Assembly: GCA_965224485.1 (NCBI GenBank)
Contig: CBDCZH010000015.1
Coordinates: 256,001-320,000 of the forward strand
Direction: 5' to 3'
Source: Arcobacteraceae bacterium
Lineage (GTDB): Bacteria; Campylobacterota; Campylobacteria; Campylobacterales; Arcobacteraceae
DNA: 64,000 nucleotides
A program made the position numbers and the translations under genes. A model generated the notes under the pieces. The model saw only the letters and a program-made list of their open reading frames with translations. It was not told the origin of the DNA and searched no databases. This document shows positions 39,604 through 50,895 of this stretch, piece by piece. Every line of letters starts with the position of its first letter. Position 1 is the first letter of the stretch.

Positions 39604-41250
39604 ATGAAAGCATCAGATTTATTTATAAAAGCCTTAGAAAATGAAGGCGTAGAGTATATTTTTGGAATTCCTGGTGAGGAAAACTTAGACTTCTTAGAAT
39701 CAATGAGAAAATCTAATATTAAACTGATTTTAACAAGACATGAACAAGGTGCTGGTTTTATGGCAGCAACATATGGAAGACTTACTGGAAAAGTTGGTGT
39801 TTGTTTGGCAACACTTGGCCCAGGGGCAACTAATTTTGCAACAGCGGCTGCTTATGCACAATTAGGTGGAATGCCTATGATGATGATAACTGGTCAAAAG
39901 CCAATTAAAAAGTCTAAACAAGGAAGATTCCAAATTATTGATATTGTTGGAATGATGAAACCTATGACTAAATATGCAAAAACTGTTGTAAATGGAAATA
40001 ATATTCCATCAATGGTTAGAGAAGCATTTAAAGTGGCAACAACGGAGAGACCTGGTGCTGTTCATATTGAATTACCAGAAGATATTGCAGAAGAAGAAGT
40101 AGATTTTAACCTATATCCTGTAAAAGAATTTAGATACCCACAAGCTGATAAAACTGCTGTGAATGATGCTGTTAGAATGATTGAAAAAGCAAAAAGACCT
40201 CTTTTATTAGTAGGTGCGGGAGCAAACAGAAACAGAATTGGTGATGCACTTACAAACTTTGTAAATGAAACAGGAATTCCTTTCTTCTCAACACAAATGG
40301 GAAAAGGTGTTATTGATGAGAATCATAAACTTTGTCTTTCAACAGCTGCATTATCTAAAGATGATTTTATTCATTGTGCAATTGAAAGAGCCGATTTAAT
40401 TATTAATGTTGGTCATGATGTTATTGAAAAACCACCATTTTTCATGGAAAATCACGAAGGTGCTACAGAAGTATTACATGTAAACTTTTTTCCTTCAGAA
40501 GTAGATGATACGTACTTCCCTCAATTAGATGTTATTGGTGATATTGCTGGAAATATTGTACAGTTTACAAATGCAATTTCAAAACAAGAACATTGGGATT
40601 TTGATTATTATGAAAGATTAGCTGATGATATTAGAACTAAACTAAGTAAATATTTTGGTGATACAAGATTCCCAATTTTACCACAAAGAGCAGTTAGAAC
40701 TATAAGAGCAACTTTAGATGATAAAGATATTGTAACTCTTGATAATGGTATTTATAAAATTTGGTTTGCTAGAAATTATAGATGTGCACTTCCAAATACT
40801 TTATTATTAGATAATGCACTTGCTACTATGGGAGCTGGTATGCCTTCTGGTATGGCTGCTAAAATGGTTAAACCTGATTCAAGAGTTGTTTCTGTTTGTG
40901 GAGATGGTGGATTTATGATGAACTCACAAGAGATGGAAACAGCTGTTAGATTAAAACTTGATATAACAGTAATTATTTTAAATGATAACTCTTATGGAAT
41001 GATTAAATGGAAACAAGCTGGTATGGGATTTGAAAACTATGGATTAGATTTAGAGAATCCTGATTTTGTTAAATATGCTGAAGCTTATGGAGCAAATGGG
41101 TATAGACCTACTTCTTGTGAAGATTTTGAACAAATCTTAGAAAAATGTGTAAATTCTAAAGGTGTTCATTTAATTGATTTAGCTGTTGATTATTCTTTAA
41201 ATCATTCAATTTTAAATGATTTATTAGCTAAAAAACAATGTATGATATAA
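39604..41250 (+). CDS. ThDP-dependent enzyme, acetolactate-synthase large-subunit-like (candidate 2-oxoacid decarboxylase)
   Basis: FGIPGEEN, RHEQGAGFMA, TLGPGATN, GDGGFMMN...ILNDNSYG. Confidence 0.88.
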   Translation: MKASDLFIKALENEGVEYIFGIPGEENLDFLESMRKSNIKLILTRHEQGAGFMAATYGRLTGKVGVCLATLGPGATNFATAAAYAQLGGMPMMMITGQKPIKKSKQGRFQIIDIVGMMKPMTKYAKTVVNGNNIPSMVREAFKVATTERPGAVHIELPEDIAEEEVDFNLYPVKEFRYPQADKTAVNDAVRMIEKAKRPLLLVGAGANRNRIGDALTNFVNETGIPFFSTQMGKGVIDENHKLCLSTAALSKDDFIHCAIERADLIINVGHDVIEKPPFFMENHEGATEVLHVNFFPSEVDDTYFPQLDVIGDIAGNIVQFTNAISKQEHWDFDYYERLADDIRTKLSKYFGDTRFPILPQRAVRTIRATLDDKDIVTLDNGIYKIWFARNYRCALPNTLLLDNALATMGAGMPSGMAAKMVKPDSRVVSVCGDGGFMMNSQEMETAVRLKLDITVIILNDNSYGMIKWKQAGMGFENYGLDLENPDFVKYAEAYGANGYRPTSCEDFEQILEKCVNSKGVHLIDLAVDYSLNHSILNDLLAKKQCMI

Positions 41251-41277
41251 TAAAAAAGATATAAAATAAGGAATACA

Positions 41278-42669
41278 ATGAATACAATAGAAGTAACATC
41301 ACCTTTTGATAATAAAGTAGTAGGAACTGTAGCATTTTCATCAGTAAAAGAAGTACAAACAGCAATTGACTTAGCAAAAAGTACTTTTGATGACCATAAA
41401 AATGCACTTCCTAAATATAAAAGAATTGAAATTTTAGAAAAAGTTGTTGAGATTATGAGCTCGCAAATTGAAGAATTAACAATACTTTGTGCTAGTGAAG
41501 GTGGTAAACCTTATATGGATTCACAAGTTGAAATACATAGAGCTATAAATGGTGTTAAACTTGCTATTGAATCGTTAAGTTCATTTGAAGGAAAAGAAAT
41601 AGCTATGGGGCATACAGCTTCTAGTGCAAATAGAATGGCTTATACATTTAAAGAACCTATTGGTGTAGTTGCTGCTGTTTCTGCTTTTAATCATCCATTT
41701 AACCTAGCAATTCATCAAGTAATTCCAGCCCTAGCTGTTGGTTGTTCTGTAATTATTAAACCAGCTACTCAAACTCCAATGTCAGCTTTAAAATTAATAG
41801 AAATATTAAAAGAAGCTGGTCTTCCTTCTGGTTGGGCTCAAGCTGTTGTTTGTGGAAGAGAAGCTGGTGAATTATTAGCAACATCTCCTAAAATTAATTT
41901 CTTAACTTTTATTGGTTCTGGAAAAGTTGGTTGGTATTTAAATTCTAAAGTTGCTCCTGGAACTAGAGTTGCCTTAGAACATGGTGGAGTTGCTCCTGTT
42001 ATTGTTGAAGCAGATGCCGATATTGATGATTTAATTCCTTCAATTGGTAAAGGTGGTTTTTACCATGCTGGGCAAGTTTGTGTATCAGTTCAAAGAGTAT
42101 TTGTACATGAATCAATTGTAGACGTTGTAGCTTCGAAATTATCTACTTATGCAGCTGCTTTAGTTGTAGGAGATCAAATGGATCCTAAAACTGAAGTTGG
42201 ACCATTAATTAATAATAATGAAGTTAATAGAGTTGAGGAGTGGGTTAATGAAGCTGTTTCTAAAGGTGGAAAAATATTAACTGGTGGAAAAAGAATTTCT
42301 GATTCCCTTTTTGAACCAACTGTTATTTTAAACCCAGCTTCAGATGCACTAGTATCTACTAAAGAAGTATTTGGACCTGTTGTTTGTATTTATTCATATA
42401 GTGATATTGAAGATGCTTTTGATGCAGCAAATAGCCTAGAAGTATCTTTCCAAGCTTCAATTTTCACTAAAAATATTGATACTGCTTTAAAAGCAGTTAA
42501 AAGATTAAGTGGAACTGCTGTAATGGTAAATGACCATACTGCATTTAGAGTAGATTGGATGCCATTTGGAGGAGCTAAAGCTTCTGGTTTAGGAATGGGT
42601 GGAATTCATCATTCTATGGTAGAAATGTCTAAAGAAAAACTAATGGTTATTAAATCATCTGTTTTATAA
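41278..42669 (+). CDS. NAD(P)-dependent aldehyde dehydrogenase
   Basis: FNHP, KPA, FIGS, LEHGG, GQVC (catalytic Cys), EVFGP, PFGG. Confidence 0.93.
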   Translation: MNTIEVTSPFDNKVVGTVAFSSVKEVQTAIDLAKSTFDDHKNALPKYKRIEILEKVVEIMSSQIEELTILCASEGGKPYMDSQVEIHRAINGVKLAIESLSSFEGKEIAMGHTASSANRMAYTFKEPIGVVAAVSAFNHPFNLAIHQVIPALAVGCSVIIKPATQTPMSALKLIEILKEAGLPSGWAQAVVCGREAGELLATSPKINFLTFIGSGKVGWYLNSKVAPGTRVALEHGGVAPVIVEADADIDDLIPSIGKGGFYHAGQVCVSVQRVFVHESIVDVVASKLSTYAAALVVGDQMDPKTEVGPLINNNEVNRVEEWVNEAVSKGGKILTGGKRISDSLFEPTVILNPASDALVSTKEVFGPVVCIYSYSDIEDAFDAANSLEVSFQASIFTKNIDTALKAVKRLSGTAVMVNDHTAFRVDWMPFGGAKASGLGMGGIHHSMVEMSKEKLMVIKSSVL

Positions 42670-42689
42670 AAAATATTTAAACTAAACAT

Positions 42690-42724
42690 AAAAAGGGAAA
42701 AGAAGAAATTCTTTTCCCTTTTTT
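42690..42724 (+). terminator. Intrinsic terminator
   Basis: AAAAGGGAAAAGAA-gaaa-TTCTTTTCCCTTTT followed by T run. Confidence 0.85.
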
Positions 42725-42743
42725 AATGAAAAGAAAGATAAAA

Positions 42744-42920
42744 ATGATACTAAATGAAAAATATAAACATTATAAAAATCAAGAAATATATATACCTATT
42801 AACTTTTGTAAAATTCAAGAAAATGATCTTTGGATTGAAGCAGTGATTTATAAAACAACTACAAATGAGTTATTTGTTAGAAGTAAAAAAGAATTTATGG
42901 CTAAATTTACAAAAGCATAA
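42744..42920 (+). CDS. Small DUF1653-like protein
   Basis: KYKHYKN..Y...AVIYK...LFVRSKKEF..KF pattern. Confidence 0.65.
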   Translation: MILNEKYKHYKNQEIYIPINFCKIQENDLWIEAVIYKTTTNELFVRSKKEFMAKFTKA

Positions 42921-42998
42921 GGGCAAAATTAAGAAATATCATATAATTAATCTGCTAAAAGTATATAAGAAAATAGTTAAGAACTAAAGGTTAGGCTT

Positions 42999-44174
42999 AT
43001 GAATTTACATGAATACCAGGCAAAAAACTTATATAGAAAATATGACATTCCTACGACTAAAGGAAAGTTATTAACTCACCCAAATCAGTTAGATGAAATA
43101 CTAAACACTATTGGAAAAGATAAGTGGGTTATAAAAGCACAAGTTCACGCAGGCGGAAGAGGAAAAGCTAAGGGTGTAGTTTTAGTTGATTCTAAACATG
43201 AAGCAAAAGAAGAAGTAAGAAGGCTTTTAGGCAGTAATCTTGTAACACATCAAACTACTAAAGAAGGTCAAGCAGTAAACTCTATTTATATAGAAGAACC
43301 TTGTGATATTTTAGAAGAAATATATCTAGCTTTTATAGTTGATAGAACAACTGGGCGAATTATGATTATAACTTCAAGTGAAGGTGGAATGGAAATTGAA
43401 GAAGTAGCTAGTAAATTCCCTAATAAAATTCTAAGAAACCCTATAAACCCAATTGTAGGAATTATGCCAGCTCAATGTAGACAAATCTGTGATGATTTAG
43501 GGCTTGATAAAACTCTTAGTGCTCAAATGATAGATTTATTACAAAAACTTTATAAAATGTTTGTTGAAAATGACTTATCTTTAATTGAAATTAATCCTTT
43601 AGTTATCACTAAACAAGGGTACTTATTATGCTTAGATGGAAAAGTTGTAGTTGATAATTCTGCTTTATACAGACAAGATAAAATGAATGAAATTAGAGAT
43701 GAAACACAAGAAGACCAAAGAGAATTAAAAGCACAAAAGCTAGATCTTAATTATGTATCACTTGATGGAAATATTGGATGTATGGTAAATGGAGCTGGTT
43801 TAGCAATGGCTACTATGGATTTAATTGCTACTTATGGAGAAATGCCTGCTAATTTTTTAGATGTAGGTGGTAGTGTAAATGAAAAAAGAGTTATTCAAGC
43901 TTTTGAAATTATTCTAAGTGATACAAAAGTTGAAGGTATTTTAGTTAATATTTTTGGAGGAATTGTTAGATGTGATATTATTGCATCTGGTATTATAGCT
44001 GCCGTTCAAAACCTAGATATAAAAATACCTATAGTTATAAGATTAGAAGGAACAAATGCAAAAGAAGGTTTAGACTTAATTAAACAATCATCTTTAAAAG
44101 TTTATGAAGAAAATGATTTAGACAAAGCTGCAAAAAAAATAATAGATCTAATTAGAAAAAAGGAAGCTAAATAA
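42999..44174 (+). CDS. sucC: Succinyl-CoA synthetase beta subunit
   Basis: [45 protein letters not shown]. Confidence 0.97.
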   Translation: MNLHEYQAKNLYRKYDIPTTKGKLLTHPNQLDEILNTIGKDKWVIKAQVHAGGRGKAKGVVLVDSKHEAKEEVRRLLGSNLVTHQTTKEGQAVNSIYIEEPCDILEEIYLAFIVDRTTGRIMIITSSEGGMEIEEVASKFPNKILRNPINPIVGIMPAQCRQICDDLGLDKTLSAQMIDLLQKLYKMFVENDLSLIEINPLVITKQGYLLCLDGKVVVDNSALYRQDKMNEIRDETQEDQRELKAQKLDLNYVSLDGNIGCMVNGAGLAMATMDLIATYGEMPANFLDVGGSVNEKRVIQAFEIILSDTKVEGILVNIFGGIVRCDIIASGIIAAVQNLDIKIPIVIRLEGTNAKEGLDLIKQSSLKVYEENDLDKAAKKIIDLIRKKEAK

Positions 44175-45043
44175 TGGCTATTTTAATTAATAAAGATACA
44201 AAAGTTTTAGTTCAAGGTTTAACAGGAACACAGGCAAGTTTTCACACACAAAATGCCATAAGTTATGGAACAAATATTGTTTGTGGTGTAGTTCCAGGGA
44301 AACGTGGACAAACACACTTAGATCGCCCTATTTATAATACCGTAGCTTGTGCTGTGAATTTAACTGGGGCTAATGCTTCTATTATTTATGTTCCAGCACC
44401 TTTTTGTAAAGATGCAATTATTGAAGCAGCTGAGAATGGAATAGAAACTATTGTATGTATTACAGAAGGTATTCCTACTTTAGATATGTTAGATATAAAA
44501 GCAGTAGTAGATTTAAATGGTGTTACTTTAATAGGTCCAAACTGCCCTGGTATTATAACTCCAGGAGAGTGTAAAATGGGTATTATGCCAGCACAAATAC
44601 ATATGCCAGGTTCTGTTGGAATAGTATCACGTTCTGGAACTTTAACATATGAGGCAGTAAATCAATCAACACTTGCAGGATATGGACAAAGTACTTGTGT
44701 AGGTATTGGTGGAGATGCTGTTCCTGGAAGTGATTTTATAGATATGCTTAAACTATTTCAAGAAGATGAACAAACTAAAGTTATTGTTTTAATTGGTGAA
44801 ATAGGAGGAGCTAAAGAAGAAATGGCTGCTGAGTATATTAAACAATACATCACAAAACCCATTGTTTCATATATAGCAGGAGTAACAGCACCTAGGGGTA
44901 AACGTATGGGTCATGCAGGAGCTATTATTGATGGAAGCAAAGGAACTGCAATTGAGAAATATGCAGCGTTGCAGCGTGCTGGTGTTTACACTGTTAAAAC
45001 TATTACAGGAATAAAAGAAGCTTTATTAGAGGTACATCCTTAA
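44174..45043 (+). CDS. sucD: Succinyl-CoA synthetase alpha subunit
   Basis: [23 protein letters not shown] (phospho-His). Confidence 0.97.
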   Translation: MAILINKDTKVLVQGLTGTQASFHTQNAISYGTNIVCGVVPGKRGQTHLDRPIYNTVACAVNLTGANASIIYVPAPFCKDAIIEAAENGIETIVCITEGIPTLDMLDIKAVVDLNGVTLIGPNCPGIITPGECKMGIMPAQIHMPGSVGIVSRSGTLTYEAVNQSTLAGYGQSTCVGIGGDAVPGSDFIDMLKLFQEDEQTKVIVLIGEIGGAKEEMAAEYIKQYITKPIVSYIAGVTAPRGKRMGHAGAIIDGSKGTAIEKYAALQRAGVYTVKTITGIKEALLEVHP

Positions 45044-45116
45044 AATAAATCTTAGCTATTTATTTTTTTCTTATTTTAAACTTTATAGCTGTAAAATAAG
45101 AAAAAAAGGAAGTATT

Positions 45117-45299
45117 ATGTCAAGTATTACAATTATATTTTTAATCTTAATTGTTTCACTTTGGTTTTATTGTTTTATATCTATAATAAGCAATAAGTTT
45201 AAAAATAAACAAGCAAAAACATTTTGGATCATTGCAATAATTTTTGTTCCTTTATTATCTTTTTTTTATATCTTCTTAAAAAAAGATTTATTAGAATAA
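45117..45299 (+). CDS. Small membrane protein, PLDc N-terminal-like
   Basis: Two TM helices around K.FWIIAIIFVP. Confidence 0.6.
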   Translation: MSSITIIFLILIVSLWFYCFISIISNKFKNKQAKTFWIIAIIFVPLLSFFYIFLKKDLLE

Positions 45300-45356
45300 G
45301 AGTTTTTAAGTGATTTTGTTAATCTTGTTATACAATAAATATCAATAAGAAGAAAA

Positions 45357-46091
45357 ATGAATTTAACAAAAGAACAAATATGCGAGTTTGAAACAAATGG
45401 TTTTTTAATAATAAAAAACTTTGCAGATAAAAATAGCTGTGATGAGATTTTAAGAAAAGCACAAAAACACTTAGAAGAAAAAGTTGCTCCTTTTGAAAGT
45501 GAAAATGAGTACTTACAAAAAACAAATAAGAATTCATGCATTAGAAGACTAAGACAGGTTTACCAAAGAGAAAATGTTTTCAAAAATTGGATGGAAAATA
45601 AGAAAATTCGTTTAATATTAAAAACCTTATTAAAAGATACTCCCGTTCTTACTTTAGCCCACCATAACTCAATTATGACAAAACTACCAGAACTAAGTTC
45701 AAGAACTTCTTGGCATCAAGATATACGGTACTGGAACTTTTCAAATGACAATTTAATTTCTGTTTGGTTATGTTTAGATGAAGAATACTTAGAAAATGGT
45801 TTATTAGAATTTATTCCAAAAAGTCATAAACTATCTTTAAAAAAAGAACAATTTGATAATAAATCAAACTTTTTAGAGAACAATGAAGAAAATCAAGAAC
45901 TAATAAAAACAAGAGTTCATTCTAATCTTTCTAAGGGTGATATAGTTTTATTTCATTGTAAAACATTACATCATGCAAATAAAAACACTTCTTTAAAAAC
46001 AAAAATATCATTTGTTTATACTGTTAGAGCTTTAAATAATAAAGCTATTAAAAATACAAGAAGTGATGCAAGTGAAATAGTTTTATCTTAA
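45357..46091 (+). CDS. PhyH-family Fe(II)/2-oxoglutarate dioxygenase
   Basis: WHQD, ISVWLCLD...ENGLLEFIPKSH, GDIVLFH..TLH. Confidence 0.9.
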   Translation: MNLTKEQICEFETNGFLIIKNFADKNSCDEILRKAQKHLEEKVAPFESENEYLQKTNKNSCIRRLRQVYQRENVFKNWMENKKIRLILKTLLKDTPVLTLAHHNSIMTKLPELSSRTSWHQDIRYWNFSNDNLISVWLCLDEEYLENGLLEFIPKSHKLSLKKEQFDNKSNFLENNEENQELIKTRVHSNLSKGDIVLFHCKTLHHANKNTSLKTKISFVYTVRALNNKAIKNTRSDASEIVLS

Positions 46092-46468
46092 AAATATTCA
46101 CTTAAAGATGAAGCTTGAAGACCATGGGCTACTGGTTTTTTATTAAAATCTAGAGCAACTATAACAATTTCATCAATATGTAAAATTGTTTTATTTGTAG
46201 TTTTATTTTTTATTTCACATCTTACAGTTATTGAAGTTGTTCCTATTTTTAATAGTTTTGCACCTAAAATTACAATATCACCAATATTTGCAACACTTTT
46301 AAAACTAACTTCTGACATTTTAACTAGGGCTATTTTATTAGTTTTTAAAATAGTTGAAGCAAAAATAATAGCTTCTTCATCTATCCAAGCTAAAGCCATA
46401 CCTCCAAACAAGATTCCAGCAGCATTTAAATGTGGATACATTACCATTCTTTGTGAGTTATATTCCAA
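46088..46468 (-). CDS. Acyl-CoA thioesterase (hotdog fold)
   Basis: HLNAAGILFGGMALAWIDE, IGTTSI. Confidence 0.85.
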   Translation of the reverse strand: MEYNSQRMVMYPHLNAAGILFGGMALAWIDEEAIIFASTILKTNKIALVKMSEVSFKSVANIGDIVILGAKLLKIGTTSITVRCEIKNKTTNKTILHIDEIVIVALDFNKKPVAHGLQASSLSEYF

Positions 46469-46525
46469 GACTTAACCTTTTATCATTTTTATATTTTATT
46501 ATATCTATTTAAACTAAAGCAAAGT

Positions 46526-47320
46526 CTAAAAAGAGTTTTTTGGAAAAAAGAGTTCATACTGTTTGGGTATTTTACTCAAAGACTCTAATTCTTTAACTCT
46601 AAAACCTTCTTTAAGTAAAGCAGCTCTTATAATTTTTTTATTATAATCAAAAATATCTTCATCATTTAAATAAACTTCTACATCAATCCATTTGCACTCA
46701 GCTATCTCTTGTGTATCTTCTATATTAATTTCATTACTTAAAGCTTTTGCAGTACATAAAATATATAAATTACTTTTATCAAATTGATGAGGATAAAAAT
46801 GACCTAAAGAAATAATACTTTCAAACTCGACTTCTATTCCTGTTTCTTCTTTTACTTCTCGTTTTACTGCACTTTGTATTAGCTCAGCATCATCAATATG
46901 ACCACCTGGTAGTTTAAATCCAATGTTTGAGCATCTTTCTTTTATTACTAAAAGTTCGTTTTTCTCATTTATTACAACAACACCTACTCCTAAAGTATGG
47001 TTAGAAGCTGTTGGAATTATTGCATCTTTTATTAATCTTTTTACTAAAAGTATTTTATTGCGTTGACAAGTATGATAAAAAAAATCTTCTTTTTGCAAAG
47101 AAGCAATAAACTTGGAGTCTTTAATATCTAAATATATCCAAATAAGTTTATAATTTTTAATAGTACAGAGTTTTATTAAAGAAGAAATTCTTTTCTCAAA
47201 ACTAGGTATATCATCTTTTAACTCTTGTAAAGGCACGGTTAAACCCTCATATTTATCAATAAAAACGTCAAAGTTTTCTTCTTGTTCAATATCTTTTACA
47301 TCTTTAATTTCATCACTCAT
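46526..47320 (-). CDS. Nudix hydrolase (Nudt6-like)
   Basis: Nudix box GGHIDDAELIQSAVKREVKEETG with N-terminal extension. Confidence 0.88.
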   Translation of the reverse strand: MSDEIKDVKDIEQEENFDVFIDKYEGLTVPLQELKDDIPSFEKRISSLIKLCTIKNYKLIWIYLDIKDSKFIASLQKEDFFYHTCQRNKILLVKRLIKDAIIPTASNHTLGVGVVVINEKNELLVIKERCSNIGFKLPGGHIDDAELIQSAVKREVKEETGIEVEFESIISLGHFYPHQFDKSNLYILCTAKALSNEINIEDTQEIAECKWIDVEVYLNDEDIFDYNKKIIRAALLKEGFRVKELESLSKIPKQYELFFPKNSF

Positions 47321-49440
47321 TATAAGCCTTTTTCTAAGTATTCATGAAGATAAAGGTTTTGTCTTAAATCTTTATAATTTTGCAATTTTAAACCATTTTC
47401 TATCCATGCTTTTATATCAAGGGGTATTTTTATAGGTTCTAATAAGCTAATTTTTTTAGTCTTTGATATTTTATTATGTTCAAGAAGCAATGAAATGTGA
47501 GAAAGAATTGAGTTTAAAGAGAGGTCTCTAATTTGTGATATTTCATCTAAGGATTTTCCTTCTTCTAATAAGTCAAGCGTTTCTAAATATGTTTTAGTAA
47601 GTTTTTTTAAGTTAATATTATTTTCGAGTTCATTTTTATTTTCTTCTTTTATTCTTTTACAAAGATCTAAAAAAACTTCACCATATTTTTCATATTTAAC
47701 TTCCCCAATTCCATTTATTTGTAAAAAATCTTCTTTATTCAAAGGTAATTTTACACTTAATTCTTTTAAGGTTTTATCTCCAAAAATAACATAAGCAGGA
47801 ACTTCATTTTCATTTGCGATTTGCCTTCTTAAAGCTCTAAACTCTTCAAATAATTTATCAGTAAAACTAAGTTCTTGCTCTTCTTCTTCGATAATTTGAA
47901 TTTTTCCTAGTTTATCAGAGTCAATAAGAACATCAAACTTATTTTTTAATATATCAAAAGCTAAAGAACTAAGTTTTAAAACTCTGTATTCACCTAAAAC
48001 AATAGCTTCTAAATCAATTAATTTATCAGCAATTGCAATCCATTCATTTTTATTCTTTTCTTTCCCAATTCCATAAACAGAAAGTTTATCATGGGCTAAA
48101 TCTAATAGTTTTTGATTTTTACTGGCTCTTAAAATATCAATTATATGATTAATCCCAAATCTTTGTTCACTTCTATAAATTGCTGATAAAAGTTTTTGAG
48201 CATCTACATTTACATTTATTTGTTCAACATCTTCTTTTGTACAGCTATCACAAAACTCTTTACAAACTTCTATTTCATCATCAAAATATTTAGCAATTAT
48301 TACATGACGGCAATTATTAGAAATACAGTACCTATACATCTTTTCTAATTTCTCTTTTGCTGTTTGATTATAAGCTTTATCAAACCCTTCATCAATTTGA
48401 ATACTTCTTTTAATTTCATCAGATTTTGAATACAATAAATGCACATAAGATAAGGCTCCATCCCTTCCAGCACGACCTATTTCTTGATAATAGTTTTCTA
48501 ATGTTTTAGGCATAGAAGTGTGTAAAACAAAGCGTATATTACTTTTATCAATTCCCATTCCAAAAGCAATGGTAGCAACAACTATATCAATTTTTTCATA
48601 TACAAAATCATTGAAAACATCATTTTTAATTTCTACACTTAAACCAGCATGATAAGCTTTAGCAGAATAACCCTCAACACATAGATATTTAGCTGTATTT
48701 TCAGCCTCTTTTCGTGTAAAGGTATAAATAATTCCACATAAACCCTTATGTGTTTTTAAAAAATTTAATATTTGTTTTTTTCCATTAGTTATTCTAGGGG
48801 AGCATGAAATAATCAAATTATCTCTTTGTGTTTTAGCTCTAAATTCTTTAAAATTCTCTAAGTTTAAACTCAAAGCCATATCTTTTTGCACTTTTTTAGT
48901 AGCAGTTGCTGTAAAAGCAGCAATAGCAGTATTTGGGAAGAATTGTTTTAATCTATTTAAGTTTCTATATTCTGCTCTAAATTCATGTCCCCAAGCAGAA
49001 ACACAGTGAGCCTCATCTATTACAAAATAATTTATGTTAACTCTTTGTAAAACACTTACAAAATCATTTGAAGTAAAACGCTCAGGAGCAACATAAATAA
49101 ATTGTAGTTTTTCCTCTAAGAGTTCTTGCAAAACTAAAGAATTTTCGTTTGCGCTAAAAGAAGAGTTAATCATAGAAGCTTTAAGATTTAAGGCTCTTAA
49201 TGCTCTTACTTGGTCTTGCATTAAAGCAATTAAAGGAGAGATAACAACAGTAACACCTGTTAAAAGAAGAGTTGGTAATTGGTAACAAAGAGATTTACCA
49301 CCACCTGTTGGAAGAATTACTAAAACATCTTCTTTATTTAAAATTGTATCAACTACTTCTTCTTGAAAAAAACGAAAAGATTCATGTCCAAAAGTATTTT
49401 TTAAAATATCATATTTTTTTTGCATTGGCAATTTTAACAT
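47320..49440 (-). CDS. recQ: DNA helicase RecQ
   Basis: PTGGGKSLCYQ, DEAHCVSAWGHEFR, ATIAFGMGIDK, QEIGRAGRDG, RQC and HRDC regions. Confidence 0.96.
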   Translation of the reverse strand: MLKLPMQKKYDILKNTFGHESFRFFQEEVVDTILNKEDVLVILPTGGGKSLCYQLPTLLLTGVTVVISPLIALMQDQVRALRALNLKASMINSSFSANENSLVLQELLEEKLQFIYVAPERFTSNDFVSVLQRVNINYFVIDEAHCVSAWGHEFRAEYRNLNRLKQFFPNTAIAAFTATATKKVQKDMALSLNLENFKEFRAKTQRDNLIISCSPRITNGKKQILNFLKTHKGLCGIIYTFTRKEAENTAKYLCVEGYSAKAYHAGLSVEIKNDVFNDFVYEKIDIVVATIAFGMGIDKSNIRFVLHTSMPKTLENYYQEIGRAGRDGALSYVHLLYSKSDEIKRSIQIDEGFDKAYNQTAKEKLEKMYRYCISNNCRHVIIAKYFDDEIEVCKEFCDSCTKEDVEQINVNVDAQKLLSAIYRSEQRFGINHIIDILRASKNQKLLDLAHDKLSVYGIGKEKNKNEWIAIADKLIDLEAIVLGEYRVLKLSSLAFDILKNKFDVLIDSDKLGKIQIIEEEEQELSFTDKLFEEFRALRRQIANENEVPAYVIFGDKTLKELSVKLPLNKEDFLQINGIGEVKYEKYGEVFLDLCKRIKEENKNELENNINLKKLTKTYLETLDLLEEGKSLDEISQIRDLSLNSILSHISLLLEHNKISKTKKISLLEPIKIPLDIKAWIENGLKLQNYKDLRQNLYLHEYLEKGL

Positions 49441-49496
49441 ACTTTGTATAAAGTAGTACTAATGATTTATTTTATTCTTGTTGGTATTTCTTGTGA

Positions 49497-50693
49497 TTAA
49501 TTTTTAGGAAATTCTATAAAAAACTTAGCTCCAAATTCTGTGTTTTTTGCATAAAGTTTACCCTTTAAATTATTTACTACTATGTTAAAACCTGAATATA
49601 AACCTATTCCTGTTCCATTTTTTTTACTCTTAGTAGTGAAATTTAAATCAAAGATATTTTCAAGTATATCTTCATTGATTCCATTAGCATTATCTTCAAT
49701 AGTAATTAATATAGAATCTTTTTGTTCAAATATTGCATATTTAATCCATTTGTTTTTTATATTTTGACCCTCAAAAGCTTCTTTTGCATTATTAAAAATA
49801 GAAATTAATACTTGTAATAATTCTCCTAAAATAATTTTATATAAAATCGGTTTTTTTTCAATAAAGTCTTGAATAATCTCTATTTGCTTAAAATCAAAAG
49901 ATTGTTTTACCATTAATGAAGCCATAATTACTCTATCTTGAATAATAACTTCTTTTATTTTATTTGAATATTGAATATAATCTCTAAATTCATCAATTGT
50001 TTTTGATAAAATTTGTACATTATTAGTAATATTATCTACATAATGAAAAAAATCATTATCATTTAACATATCTAATTCTTTTTGCACTTTCATTCCACTA
50101 GCAGCTGTTGAAATTACGCACAAAGGTTCTCTCCATTGATGGGCAATATTTCCAATTAATTCACCCATTTGAACCATTTTATGTTGAGCTTGAATTTGTT
50201 TTTCTTTTTCAATATTAAGTTTAATTAATCTTAATACTTTACTATCAAGTTCTTTTTTATTCTCTTCTAATATTTTATTTTTACTTTCTAAAGCATTTGT
50301 GTATAAACAGGCATTTATACTATGGTTTATTTTTTCGCTTAAAGACTCAAGAAGAGAGACAACAGGCTCAAGAGCCTGCTCTTTTTTATAGAAGAAAAAA
50401 AGAATTGCTTTTTCAAATTTCATAAGCACTTTATTTGTATTTTCATTAAAACTAGAATTAATAATATTTGCATTATTATTTTCTTCAAGAATATTATTTA
50501 TATCTATTTTGATTTTTTTTCCAAAAGTAATATAGCTATTTATATCATTATTTAACAAGTATAAGCTTACATTTATAGCAGAAGTTTCATAGGCAAAAAC
50601 TCTATAAAGTTCTTTAATCATCATATTTATATCTAAAGAATTTCCAATTGCACAAGAACAAGATAAAGAATTTAAAGATTTATTATTAGACAT
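49497..50693 (-). CDS. Sensor histidine kinase (no partner regulator adjacent)
   Basis: H-box IAHQWREPL, N-box NNAKEA, DNANGI, GTGIGL. Confidence 0.9.
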   Translation of the reverse strand: MSNNKSLNSLSCSCAIGNSLDINMMIKELYRVFAYETSAINVSLYLLNNDINSYITFGKKIKIDINNILEENNNANIINSSFNENTNKVLMKFEKAILFFFYKKEQALEPVVSLLESLSEKINHSINACLYTNALESKNKILEENKKELDSKVLRLIKLNIEKEKQIQAQHKMVQMGELIGNIAHQWREPLCVISTAASGMKVQKELDMLNDNDFFHYVDNITNNVQILSKTIDEFRDYIQYSNKIKEVIIQDRVIMASLMVKQSFDFKQIEIIQDFIEKKPILYKIILGELLQVLISIFNNAKEAFEGQNIKNKWIKYAIFEQKDSILITIEDNANGINEDILENIFDLNFTTKSKKNGTGIGLYSGFNIVVNNLKGKLYAKNTEFGAKFFIEFPKN

Positions 50694-50895
50694 TTTACCA
50701 ACTTATATTTTTTATTATTTTATTTGAACCATCTTACTAAATAAAAATAAGTTTAAAATTAAATGAATACGATTCTTAGTTTTTTTTTACAAAAAAAACA
50801 AATTAAAATACAAAAGTATAAATAAATTATATGAATGCTTGTTTATTGCTATGATTCATTGTTATACTTTGAATATTAACAAGGGAGTAGAAAAA

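Noticed and set aside
39604..41250. Calling this gene ilvB/ilvI
   Set aside because: No regulatory small subunit or ilv context, and it is paired with an aldehyde dehydrogenase, so the symbol is withheld.
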